IMG/VR virus record: IMGVR_UViG_3300033074_001936
Span: 30,915-94,914 of that record
Strand: one strand, 5' to 3'
Origin: a virus
Lineage: Duplodnaviria > Caudoviricetes
DNA: 64,000 nt
The notes under the pieces are model-generated. The model saw only the letters and a program-made list of their open reading frames with translations. It made no database searches and was not told where the DNA came from. The first letter of the stretch is position 1. Every line of letters begins with the position of its first letter. A program made the translations under genes and the position numbers. Of the stretch, positions 1 to 8,312 are shown piece after piece.

Positions 1-2
1 AG

Positions 3-197
3 CAGATCGAGGCAGCAAACGATCTCGCAGTGGTAGCGCGGATCGTCGGGGCTGATTACGCGGATGTGCGGGCGGCGATGATGGGCGATGCTCGCATCGG
101 GCCGCATGCGTATCTGCGGCCGGGCAAGACCAATCAACATTTGAACCGTGATATCGCTACGGTTCGCGCGCTGCTCGAGGGAATGCGCTATGGGTGA
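3..197 (+). CDS. 3' end of a UDP-glucose/GDP-mannose dehydrogenase-like protein (partial, starts before the window)
   Basis: Frame 3 reads QIEAANDLAVVARIVGADYADVRAAMMGDARIGPHAYLRPGKTNQHLNRDIATV, matching the central domain pattern (N-E/D-L...GAD...V...D.RIG...yL.PG); stop TGA at 195-197. Confidence 0.7.
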   Translation, partial: QIEAANDLAVVARIVGADYADVRAAMMGDARIGPHAYLRPGKTNQHLNRDIATVRALLEGMRYG

Positions 198-846
198 ATA
201 CGTCAATCTTTTGCACGCGCTCCCGCGCGCATCGCGCGATGTGCGGGCGCGCGCGGCCGATAAGACCCCCGAGGTTGTCGCCATCGCCAAGCGCTATGGT
301 AGCGAGTACTTCGACGGTGATCGTAAATTCGGCTACGGCGGTTACGGTTATGATGGGCGGTGGGGTCCAGTCGCGCGGGACATCATTGCACACTACGGAC
401 TGGCGGGGAAGCGGGCCAAGGTGCTCGATGTGGGCTGCGCAAAGGGCTTCTTGGTTTATGATTTGCTCACCCTCGATCACGTTGACGCTTACGGCCTCGA
501 TATCTCGCGTTATGCCTTGGATAACTGCCCGCCTGCATGCGTGGGGCGATTGCACTTGGGTGCGGCCGACTCCCTGCCGTTCCCTGATCGCTCATTTGAT
601 TTGGTGTTATCCATCAACACCCTGCATAACTTGCCCTACCCGCGGCTGCTCCGAGCATTGCGCGAGATCGCCCGCGTGGCGCGCGGTCCCGCATTTGTAC
701 AAGTCGATGCATACCGCACCGCGGAGGAGAAGGCCCGCTTCGAGGACTGGGTACTGACGGCGGAGTGGGTCGGGCATCCGGACGAGTGGTTGGCCGCATT
801 TGCAGCCGCTGGGTACGATGGGGACTACTGTTGGACAATTGCTTGA
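190..846 (+). CDS. Class I SAM-dependent methyltransferase
   Basis: VLDVGCAKG motif I, GLDISRYA, LPFPDRSFDLVLSINTLH; start moved to ATG 190, which overlaps the upstream gene end. Confidence 0.9.
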   Translation: MGEYVNLLHALPRASRDVRARAADKTPEVVAIAKRYGSEYFDGDRKFGYGGYGYDGRWGPVARDIIAHYGLAGKRAKVLDVGCAKGFLVYDLLTLDHVDAYGLDISRYALDNCPPACVGRLHLGAADSLPFPDRSFDLVLSINTLHNLPYPRLLRALREIARVARGPAFVQVDAYRTAEEKARFEDWVLTAEWVGHPDEWLAAFAAAGYDGDYCWTIA

Positions 847-859
847 TGGGAAAGAAGAT

Positions 860-1873
860 ATGAGGATGGGAAAGGTGTACTGCATACTGGGTGGGGGCGG
901 GGCGTTCGCCCTCCATACTGCCCACCACATCTTGGACACCCTCGATAATGCTCGGGTGGTGGGTATCGGACGCAACCCTCTGCGCCCGAGCGCCTTTACT
1001 CTTGGCATCGAGCGCCGGATGCCTCGATTTGAATACAAACCCTTTCACGTCGGGCATGAGACTGACTTGTTACTGGAGTATTTGGATGAACTCCAGCCGG
1101 ATGTAATCATCAACTTTGCGGCGCAGGGTGAGGGGGCCGCATCATGGAGACATTCGTGGCGATTTTTTGACACGAATGCGACCGCGCTCGCGCGCCTGCA
1201 TGAGGTGCTCTCCGAGCGAGACTGGGCCATGGGCGGTCACTTCATCCAGATCGGGACTTCCGAGCTCTACGGCTCGGTCGATGAGCCTGTTAATGAAGAT
1301 GCCCCGATCCGGTCATCGAGCCCATACTCGGCATCTAAGGCCGCCTTCGATCTCTACTTGCTCGCTCTCGCGCGCGCCGGCCGCGGCATGCCGACGACAA
1401 TCCTGCGCCCATCGAATGCTTACTGCTCGGGGCAGCTCTTGCATCGGATCATCCCGCGGGCCATCGTCGCGGGGCTGATGGGGCGCCGCATCCCTCTCCA
1501 CGGAGGTGGCGCCGCGCGCAAGTCGTACATTCATGCCGAGGATCTCGCGCGCGCTATCCTGCTTGTTTCCGCCATGCCGCGGGCATTTGGGCGAGTCTAC
1601 AACGTCGGGCCTGCCGCGCCGACTGCAATCAGTGAAGTTGCCATGCGATGCGCCGCCGCTGTGGGGGTAGCGTTCGCCGATATGTTTGAGGATGCGCCGG
1701 AACGCGTTGGGCAGGACTCATGCTATTGGCTCGACTCTTCAGCCATCGCCCGCGACTTTGGCTGGCAGCCCTTAGTTGATTGGGATGTAGGGCTCGCCGA
1801 TGTTGTGAGCTGGGCGCGGCATAATTTGAATGTACTGGGCGATTGGCCCACCGATTACCAGCTGAGGGCATGA
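860..1873 (+). CDS. NAD-dependent NDP-sugar epimerase/dehydratase (extended SDR)
   Basis: Gly-rich LGGGGAFA, INFAAQ, GTSELYG, YSASK (YxxxK), LRPSNAY. Confidence 0.9.
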   Translation: MRMGKVYCILGGGGAFALHTAHHILDTLDNARVVGIGRNPLRPSAFTLGIERRMPRFEYKPFHVGHETDLLLEYLDELQPDVIINFAAQGEGAASWRHSWRFFDTNATALARLHEVLSERDWAMGGHFIQIGTSELYGSVDEPVNEDAPIRSSSPYSASKAAFDLYLLALARAGRGMPTTILRPSNAYCSGQLLHRIIPRAIVAGLMGRRIPLHGGGAARKSYIHAEDLARAILLVSAMPRAFGRVYNVGPAAPTAISEVAMRCAAAVGVAFADMFEDAPERVGQDSCYWLDSSAIARDFGWQPLVDWDVGLADVVSWARHNLNVLGDWPTDYQLRA

Positions 1874-1879
1874 AGTCCG

Positions 1880-2704
1880 ATGGAGTCCTCCTCCGCTACT
1901 CGCTGCCGCCGCTATCGGCGTCGCATCCTCGAGATCTCGCAGCAGGTGGATGCCGCGCATGTCGCGCCGGCATTCTCCTGTATCGAGATCGTCGACGCGC
2001 TTTATCATGAAGTCATGCGACCGCAAGATATCTTCATCATGTCCAAAGGTCATGGCTGCCTCGCGCAGTATGTAGTACTTGAAGATCGCGAGTGGCCCAC
2101 TCGCAGCCGTGAGAGCAAGCATGAGCGCCTCCTTGACAGGTATTGCGCGGGGGGAAAGTTGGGGGCACACCCGGATCGCAATCGAGCTCTCGGCATTCAT
2201 GCCTCGACCGGTTCGCTCGGTCACGGGCTGGGTATCGCGGCCGGGCAAGCGCTCGCGGAGAAGATGCAAAACACTGATGCGCGAGTATACGTCTTGCTCT
2301 CTGATGGTGAGTGCCAAGAGGGATCGACGTGGGAGGCCGCGATGGTGGCGGCGAACTTGGGGCTCGGCAACCTTGTGGCGCTGGTCGATTATAATGACTT
2401 CACCGGCATGGATCGCATGAGCGCGAAGCACCCGGCCCTTGCCCCGCTCGCGGCCAAATTCTCTGCATTCGCCTGGGATGTTCCGGTTTCGATTGTCGAT
2501 GGCCATCAATCTCATGAAATCGTGGGGTCAATTCGCATGGCGGAGTGGTATGGCGCGAGGCCCGGTGCGATTGTGTTTCGCACCATCAAAGGCAAGGGGG
2601 TCTCATTCATTGAGAATGACCCAATATGGCACTACCGGTCCCCCTCCCCGGAGGAGTATCAAGCCGCATTGGAGGAGCTATGCGACTCCGACTCCTCGAT
2701 TTGA
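1880..2704 (+). CDS. Transketolase-like, N-terminal (ThDP-binding) subunit
   Basis: SKGHG, STGSLGHGL, SDGECQEGSTWEA...DYN, TIKGKG. Confidence 0.93.
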   Translation: MESSSATRCRRYRRRILEISQQVDAAHVAPAFSCIEIVDALYHEVMRPQDIFIMSKGHGCLAQYVVLEDREWPTRSRESKHERLLDRYCAGGKLGAHPDRNRALGIHASTGSLGHGLGIAAGQALAEKMQNTDARVYVLLSDGECQEGSTWEAAMVAANLGLGNLVALVDYNDFTGMDRMSAKHPALAPLAAKFSAFAWDVPVSIVDGHQSHEIVGSIRMAEWYGARPGAIVFRTIKGKGVSFIENDPIWHYRSPSPEEYQAALEELCDSDSSI

Positions 2705-2835
2705 GGCCTGATTACTATCGCCCGCATCGGCTGCTGCGCTGCCTTTGGTTCGGCTGGCGTCGAGGAATGATTTTGCGGATTTGGTCGCGGCAAGTTGATT
2801 TATTCTGGGGCCGCGCCCCGAATGAGAGGTCTTGA
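2680..2835 (+). CDS. Small hypothetical protein between the transketolase subunits
   Basis: GGAGGAG RBS directly before ATG 2680; 51 aa; fills the gap between subunits. Confidence 0.4.
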   Translation: MRLRLLDLRPDYYRPHRLLRCLWFGWRRGMILRIWSRQVDLFWGRAPNERS

Positions 2836-2836
2836 A

Positions 2837-3760
2837 ATGCGCAATGCCCTTGCCCGCGCGCTTTTTGCTGAGGCGCAGAAGGATGAGCGCATCTGCGTGC
2901 TGGTCGCGGACATCTCCCCGGCCGGTGCTATGGATGACTTTCGGCGCGAGTTTCCGCAGCGGTTCATCAACGTCGGAGTCGCCGAGCAAGCGATGATCGG
3001 CCTTGCAGCCGGCCTCGCCGCGCGCGGGTTCAAGCCGTTCTGTTATACTATCGCGACGTTTGCGCTTTTCCGCCCTTATGAGTTCATACGATGCGACTTG
3101 GCATATCAAAATTTGCCTGTGACTGTTGTCGGTATGGGGGCGGGCCTGTCCTACCCGACGCTCGGAGGCACGCATCAAGCCATCGATGATGTCGCCGCCG
3201 CTTGCGCCATGCCGAATCTCACAGTTCTCACCCCGAGCGGACCGAATGAAGTCGCCCAATGTGTGCGATGGTGCGCGGAGCGCGAGTCGGGCGGTCCTAT
3301 TTATATGCGCCTCGGCAAGGCGGGAGAAGCTGATGTCGATGTCCAGCGCTCGGAAGGTAAGTTTCCTTGCAGCGTGCAATGGATTCATGTGTCTCCGTCG
3401 GATTGCCTCATTATCTCCTACGGCCCTATCACGACTGAGGCGCTCGAAGTCGCGCGGATGATCAGTGCAGATATGATGACCGTGGCGCAGGTTCGCCCGC
3501 TGCCCCCTCAACTTGGTGATATTATGCGCAGATACAAGCGCGTGGTTGTGATTGAGGAAGCGACCGGCGCCCCCCTCGGGGCTGCGCTACGAGCTTGTAA
3601 TCACGGTGGGGGGAGCATCGAAACATTTGCGCTGCCGGAGGGTTTTCCGCATATTATCCGGGCAACGCGGGGGAAGATGCTCCTTGAGGTTGGACTGACC
3701 GCCTATGCGATACTCACCAAGATGGAGAGACGTAGTCATGGCAACGCAGAACTGGACTGA
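2837..3760 (+). CDS. Transketolase-like, C-terminal (pyrimidine-binding) subunit
   Basis: RFINVGVAEQAMIGLAAGLA, RPYEFIR, GGTHQAIDD, PIYMRLGK. Confidence 0.93.
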   Translation: MRNALARALFAEAQKDERICVLVADISPAGAMDDFRREFPQRFINVGVAEQAMIGLAAGLAARGFKPFCYTIATFALFRPYEFIRCDLAYQNLPVTVVGMGAGLSYPTLGGTHQAIDDVAAACAMPNLTVLTPSGPNEVAQCVRWCAERESGGPIYMRLGKAGEADVDVQRSEGKFPCSVQWIHVSPSDCLIISYGPITTEALEVARMISADMMTVAQVRPLPPQLGDIMRRYKRVVVIEEATGAPLGAALRACNHGGGSIETFALPEGFPHIIRATRGKMLLEVGLTAYAILTKMERRSHGNAELD

Positions 3761-3956
3761 AGAAGAAATTGATACTTTGCGCAAGATGGCCGCCGCCGGC
3801 GTTGCGCCGCCCGTGATCGCGCACGCCCTCAAGCGGACTAAGAACTCGGTCATTGGTCGGGCCCATAGGCTCGGCATCAACTTCATTTTCCTTCGCCGCC
3901 AACTTCGTCGAAACAGGCGGCCCGAGAATGTCGATGATGTCACCCGGATCGCTTAA
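3738..3956 (+). CDS. GcrA-like HTH protein (N-terminal domain only)
   Basis: WTEEEIDTLRKM...IAHALKRTKNSVIGRAHRLG matches the GcrA pattern WT.E....L..lW......IA.....sRNaViGk.HRLG. Confidence 0.75.
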   Translation: MATQNWTEEEIDTLRKMAAAGVAPPVIAHALKRTKNSVIGRAHRLGINFIFLRRQLRRNRRPENVDDVTRIA

Positions 3957-4047
3957 GCATGTCCCGCGGCGCGGAGTGGCGGCGGCGAAGGAACTGCGGC
4001 GCATGGGACTCGATGTCATATCGGCGCCCAAAGATGAGGAGCAAATC

Positions 4048-4329
4048 ATGAGCAATGATGTCAAGCAAGTCGCTGATGTCGCGCGCGAGATCGCCGATGT
4101 CGGGCGCCGCGCCCGCGCGGTCGCCGATGAGCTTCGCGGCAACTTGGCGGCAGTGGGCGAAGCGCTCGAGATTGCGGAGGGCGTATCAAAGGCTCTCCGG
4201 GATGCGGGCGCCGAGCTTCGTGGAGTTCTCGGCGCCCAGACGAATAACCCTCCTTCCGAGTCTCCTGTCGGCGGTGATGCTGGCGGTACTGTTGGTGGCC
4301 CTCGTGGTGGCGGCGGCATTACTGGATGA
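4048..4329 (+). CDS. Hypothetical helical protein
   Basis: GAGGAG RBS before ATG 4048; amphipathic helical sequence. Confidence 0.5.
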   Translation: MSNDVKQVADVAREIADVGRRARAVADELRGNLAAVGEALEIAEGVSKALRDAGAELRGVLGAQTNNPPSESPVGGDAGGTVGGPRGGGGITG

Positions 4330-4576
4330 TAATGAGGGGCGCCCCGAGCGCATCTACTTTGCCCTCCCCTCGGCCCCGCTCGCATTCCCGCCGCCCGCGC
4401 GGGCGTGGGAAGTGGAGGGGGAGGTCGTTTTATCGCGCGAGCGCCCGCGCCATGCGCGGCAGGTTGGGCAAAAAGCGGCGCCGGCTCCGCGCCCCCGGAA
4501 GGCGCAGCCCGCGCGCTCGAAGGGGAAGGGGCGGCCGCTCTGCATTGTGCCGCGCGCCTATGGGCTCTGCAATTGA
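4277..4576 (+). CDS. Hypothetical protein with N-terminal hydrophobic segment
   Basis: MLAVLLVALVVAAALL start; fills the gap to the next gene. Confidence 0.35.
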   Translation: MLAVLLVALVVAAALLDDNEGRPERIYFALPSAPLAFPPPARAWEVEGEVVLSRERPRHARQVGQKAAPAPRPRKAQPARSKGKGRPLCIVPRAYGLCN

Positions 4577-4597
4577 AGCAAGGGAGGAGGAGTAGTT

Positions 4598-5245
4598 ATG
4601 AAAGCAGTCGACCCGCGAGATTATGCATATGAGCATGCCCACGGCGGCATGTCACGTCAAGCTTATGAAGACGATCCCAAACGTCTCGCCTTCACCCTTG
4701 CGCGCTACAAGCATACTGCCAAGCTCCTCGAGGGGTTCGCAAACATCCTCGAAGTGGGATGCGGCGATGGATTCGGGACGCGCATTGTGCGTCAGCATGT
4801 GGGGGCGCTGACAGCAATTGATACTGATGAGCGCTCCATACAAGAGGCTCGCATTGCCTCGAGCTCGAGGTGGCCGGTCGCATTCATTGTCGAAGATGTG
4901 CGCTCGGCATTCGCCCCCGGGGCGAGCGGGCAGGAGTTCGATGCGGTTTATTCATTGGATGTGCTCGAGCACATCTCCCCCGATGATGAGTTCTTGCGCG
5001 CACTCGTGCGGGCGGCACCCATCGCCGTGATCGGGACTCCATCGAAGGAGTCGCAGCAGTTCGCATCGCCGCCGAGCCGCGCCGGTCACGTCAACTGCTA
5101 TTCGGGGGATGAGCTGCGCGCGCGCCTGCTTAAGTATTGGGATCGAGTATTTTTGTTTACCATGCATGATGAGATCCTCGGGACGAGTTTCCTCCCGATG
5201 GCGCAATACTTGCTGGCGCTCTGCGTTGGCCGGCGCATTCGCTGA
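4598..5245 (+). CDS. Class I SAM-dependent methyltransferase
   Basis: ILEVGCGDG, FDAVYSLDVLEHI; strong RBS GGAGGAG. Confidence 0.9.
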   Translation: MKAVDPRDYAYEHAHGGMSRQAYEDDPKRLAFTLARYKHTAKLLEGFANILEVGCGDGFGTRIVRQHVGALTAIDTDERSIQEARIASSSRWPVAFIVEDVRSAFAPGASGQEFDAVYSLDVLEHISPDDEFLRALVRAAPIAVIGTPSKESQQFASPPSRAGHVNCYSGDELRARLLKYWDRVFLFTMHDEILGTSFLPMAQYLLALCVGRRIR

Positions 5246-5646
5246 TGCCAGGAAAAGGGAGATCACAGATGAGCGTATCGACGGCGGCGGTATTTGCGCC
5301 GCGAGAGCGTCGGGCTGGTCGACGCCGCATATTCACCCAGGATGTACTCAAGATGATCCCGCAGTGGGTCGAGGATGGTGCAAACCGCGAGGAGATCGCG
5401 GCGGCGCTGGGGGTCACTGTCGGTTCGCTCCAATCAATGTGCTCGCATCACGGCATTCGGCTCAACTCGCCATCGGTCGGCCTCGAGGCGCGGCTAGGGG
5501 CGGAGCGGTGGGCAAAAGTCAAGCAACAAGCGGACCGGCGCGGAACCACTGCATTCTTGCTCAGCATTAAGTTGCTGGCGGCTATCGTCGATGGCGATTT
5601 ATTCATGGCCGTACTCGATGATAATGGGGAAGATGATGATGAGTGA
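5245..5646 (+). CDS. Hypothetical HTH-like protein
   Basis: REEIAAALGVTVGSLQSMCS resembles an HTH; overlaps both neighbours. Confidence 0.55.
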   Translation: MPGKGRSQMSVSTAAVFAPRERRAGRRRIFTQDVLKMIPQWVEDGANREEIAAALGVTVGSLQSMCSHHGIRLNSPSVGLEARLGAERWAKVKQQADRRGTTAFLLSIKLLAAIVDGDLFMAVLDDNGEDDDE

Positions 5647-6211
5647 ACCGCGTCGGGTCATCATCGTCGGCCGCGCGCGGGGGGCGCTCGCGGAGTATGC
5701 GGCGGCGCGCGCAATGGCGCACTTCGATGAGATCATCGTGGTCGGCAAGATGGGAGAAGTATTCCCGGATGAGATCGATTATTGGGCCTCATTTCATAGC
5801 AATTTATTCGACCGCTGGGCCGCCCGCCGGGCGGCCAACAACTTGGCCCCGGCCGGACATTATTGGGGCGGCATCTACAACGGCAAGCGCATCGGTGCCG
5901 GGCAGGTGAAGTGCGAGCCAATCACATGGGTGTCGACCAGCGGGGGTTCATCGGGCTTCCTGGCACTTGAGGGTGCGCTGAGCATATTACAAGCCGAGCG
6001 CATTGTGCTCGCCGGCATTCCCATGGATGCGGAGGCATCTCATGAGCCGGAGGCGAGCGAGGCGGGAGAAGATGGGCCGTGGCGTGAGGCGCATTTGTAT
6101 TGGGCAACGTGGGAGGCGCGCATGGAGCAGCTGCGCGGGCGTGTGCGCAGCATGAGCGGTCGCACGCGCGCGGCGCTCGGCGCCCCCACATCCGATTGGC
6201 TCCGCGAATGA
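5633..6211 (+). CDS. Hypothetical protein, possibly Maf/sialyltransferase-like fold
   Basis: VIIVG at the N-terminus and GGSSGFLAL...ERIVLAGIPMD, resembling the SG..A...A...g..I.L.G.d motif. Confidence 0.5.
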   Translation: MMMSEPRRVIIVGRARGALAEYAAARAMAHFDEIIVVGKMGEVFPDEIDYWASFHSNLFDRWAARRAANNLAPAGHYWGGIYNGKRIGAGQVKCEPITWVSTSGGSSGFLALEGALSILQAERIVLAGIPMDAEASHEPEASEAGEDGPWREAHLYWATWEARMEQLRGRVRSMSGRTRAALGAPTSDWLRE

Positions 6212-7200
6212 GCGCGGCTGACCTCCGGCGCATTGAGCAACTCCTCGCGCGCGCGGAGGCGCGGGTGCGGCGCGCGATCCGACGCTTCCTTGATGATGCC
6301 CGTTCCCCGGAGATCATGCGCCAAGTGCGGCGCATGCTCGAGCGCGGAAGCATCGAGGAAGTGCTGCGCATAGTCGATTCTTACTCGGCGCGGGTCGGGG
6401 AGGCGATCCCGGACATCTTCATATCGGCAGGTGCCGGCGAGATGGAGGCGCTGGCGGAGCAGCTGCGGCGTCAGGGGGTGCGCTTGGGCTTGTCATTCGA
6501 TCCCTCGCATCCGCGCGCCGCCGAGCTCATGCGGCGCAACCGCCTCGAGTTCATACGTGAATTTACTAGAGCGCAGCGATTGACAGTCCGGGATGCGCTC
6601 GCCGAAGCCCTCCAATCGGGGCTCGGTCCCATTCAAGCGGCGCGGGAGTTCCGTGATAGCATTGGGCTCACGCAACATCAGCGACGTTCGGTCGCCAACT
6701 ATCGGCGCTTGCTCGAGGCGGGAGATGTGGCTGCGCTCGAGCGCGATTTGCGCGACCGGCGCTTTGATTCCTCTGTGCGCCGCGCGCTTCGTGATGGAGA
6801 GCCGCTCGGGGCGGAGCGCATAAGGCGTATGGTCGCCCGCTACCGGGAGCGCTTCTTGCAGTATCGGGCGGAGGTGATCGCGCGCACAGAGTCCCTGCGC
6901 GTCCTACATCAGGCACGAGAAGAAGCACTCAGCCAAATCGTCGAGGACATCGAGCTGCCGCCCGGAGCCGTGCGCCGCGTCTGGGCATCGACTCGCGACA
7001 AGCGCGTGCGGGATACCCATCGCGCCATGGACGGCCAAGTCCGCGCCATGAATGAGCCATTCGACAGCCCGTCCGGCGCGCGCCTGCCGACCCCGGGAGA
7101 CGGCTCGCTCGGTGCCCCGCCCGGGGAGCTCATCAACTGCCGCTGCGTTGTACTCATACAAGTATCTACTCGCGATGTTCGTCTGCTTAAAGAACTTTAA
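6208..7200 (+). CDS. Head morphogenesis protein (Mu gpF / SPP1 gp7 family)
   Basis: RAEVIARTES, WASTRDKRVRDTH, ELINCRC. Confidence 0.9.
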   Translation: MSAADLRRIEQLLARAEARVRRAIRRFLDDARSPEIMRQVRRMLERGSIEEVLRIVDSYSARVGEAIPDIFISAGAGEMEALAEQLRRQGVRLGLSFDPSHPRAAELMRRNRLEFIREFTRAQRLTVRDALAEALQSGLGPIQAAREFRDSIGLTQHQRRSVANYRRLLEAGDVAALERDLRDRRFDSSVRRALRDGEPLGAERIRRMVARYRERFLQYRAEVIARTESLRVLHQAREEALSQIVEDIELPPGAVRRVWASTRDKRVRDTHRAMDGQVRAMNEPFDSPSGARLPTPGDGSLGAPPGELINCRCVVLIQVSTRDVRLLKEL

Positions 7201-7515
7201 TAAACCACTTAATTTGCATACCAGCCTCCAGGCTACTTGAATTGCCAAGTCATGCGGGCTGCATGGCGAGGAGGCCGGGGAGTTTTTCTTCGCGCCTCAA
7301 TGGCGGTAGCTTGAGAAACCTCCCCTCGCGCACCCGCCCTCTCGCCTCATCCCGCACGTCGGATGGTGGCGGCTCCTGCCCTCAGAGGCGGGGCACTTCC
7401 CGTCCCCCCAGGCCCCCGCCGTGAGGGACAAGATATCGCTCCGGGAACATTCCCTCGAGTGCCTCAGGCGCGATGGGGGCCGCCACCGGACCTCGGAAGA
7501 AGGATTTCTCTGCAA

Positions 7516-8136
7516 GTGCCTTGGAAGACGAACACCGAGCTGCCTGAGTCGATCAAGTCGGCGCTCCCGGCCGATGCTCAGTCGCGCTTTCGCTCGGTCG
7601 CCAACGAGCGCATGCGCGCGGGTGCGAGCGAGACCTCGGCCATCGCGCAGGCTTGGCACGTGGTCAAGCAGGGCTGGGAGAAGGCCGCAAGTGGAGGCAA
7701 GTGGGTGCGCAAGCAAGATCATCATGGCGACGAGCCGGAGTTCCGCAAGGCGGAAGTCGTCAAAGTCAGCGACGAGCTCGGCTTGGTCTTCGGGCTCGCA
7801 ATTGTCTGCAAAGTGGACGGCGCGCCCTATTTTGACTTGCAGGGCGACCACATCCCCGAGGATGCGATGCTCAAGGCGGTGACTGACTTCATGATCCACA
7901 GCCGGGTCGCGAAGGAGATGCACAGCGGCAAGCAGATCGGGGATGTTGTATTTGCGTTCCCGCTCACGCAGGAGATCGCGGACTCGCTGGAGATCACGAC
8001 CAAGTACACCGGCTGCCTCGTCGCCATGAAGCCCTCCCCCGAGGTGCTCGCGAAGTTCAAATCGGGCGAGTACTCCGGCTTTTCGATCGGCGGCAAGCGC
8101 CTGCATGATGAAGAAGCCGAGAAGGGTGCCTACTAG
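7516..8136 (+). CDS. ChaB domain fused to XkdF-like prohead protease
   Basis: MPWKTNTELPESIKSALPADAQ...AW..VK..W.K (ChaB); DLQGD, EMH, GFSIGG (XkdF-like); GTG start at 7516 inferred. Confidence 0.8.
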   Translation: MPWKTNTELPESIKSALPADAQSRFRSVANERMRAGASETSAIAQAWHVVKQGWEKAASGGKWVRKQDHHGDEPEFRKAEVVKVSDELGLVFGLAIVCKVDGAPYFDLQGDHIPEDAMLKAVTDFMIHSRVAKEMHSGKQIGDVVFAFPLTQEIADSLEITTKYTGCLVAMKPSPEVLAKFKSGEYSGFSIGGKRLHDEEAEKGAY

Positions 8137-8307
8137 ATGCCTGCTCCCACCAAAGAGCCCGACAACCGGCACACCCTCCCGCCGCTTCGGACTTACCACA
8201 TTCCCGGCGGTCCACTCGCGAAGAACTTGGGAGAAGTCGAAGTCATCAAGCTGGCGGAGATCGTCCGCGGCGGCGAGGGTGATGCCGGCTACGGAGATAA
8301 GAGGTAA
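8137..8307 (+). CDS. Small hypothetical protein (56 aa)
   Basis: ATG directly after the TAG of the protease gene; open to TAA 8305-8307. Confidence 0.4.
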   Translation: MPAPTKEPDNRHTLPPLRTYHIPGGPLAKNLGEVEVIKLAEIVRGGEGDAGYGDKR

Positions 8308-8312
8308 GAGAG

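Noticed and set aside
1880-3760. Pentose-phosphate auxiliary metabolic gene
   Set aside because: Split short subunits embedded among NDP-sugar enzymes fit glycan biosynthesis better
7187-7212. CtrA box (TTAA-N7-TTAA)
   Set aside because: The three TTAA words are spaced by 6 and 8 nt, not 7
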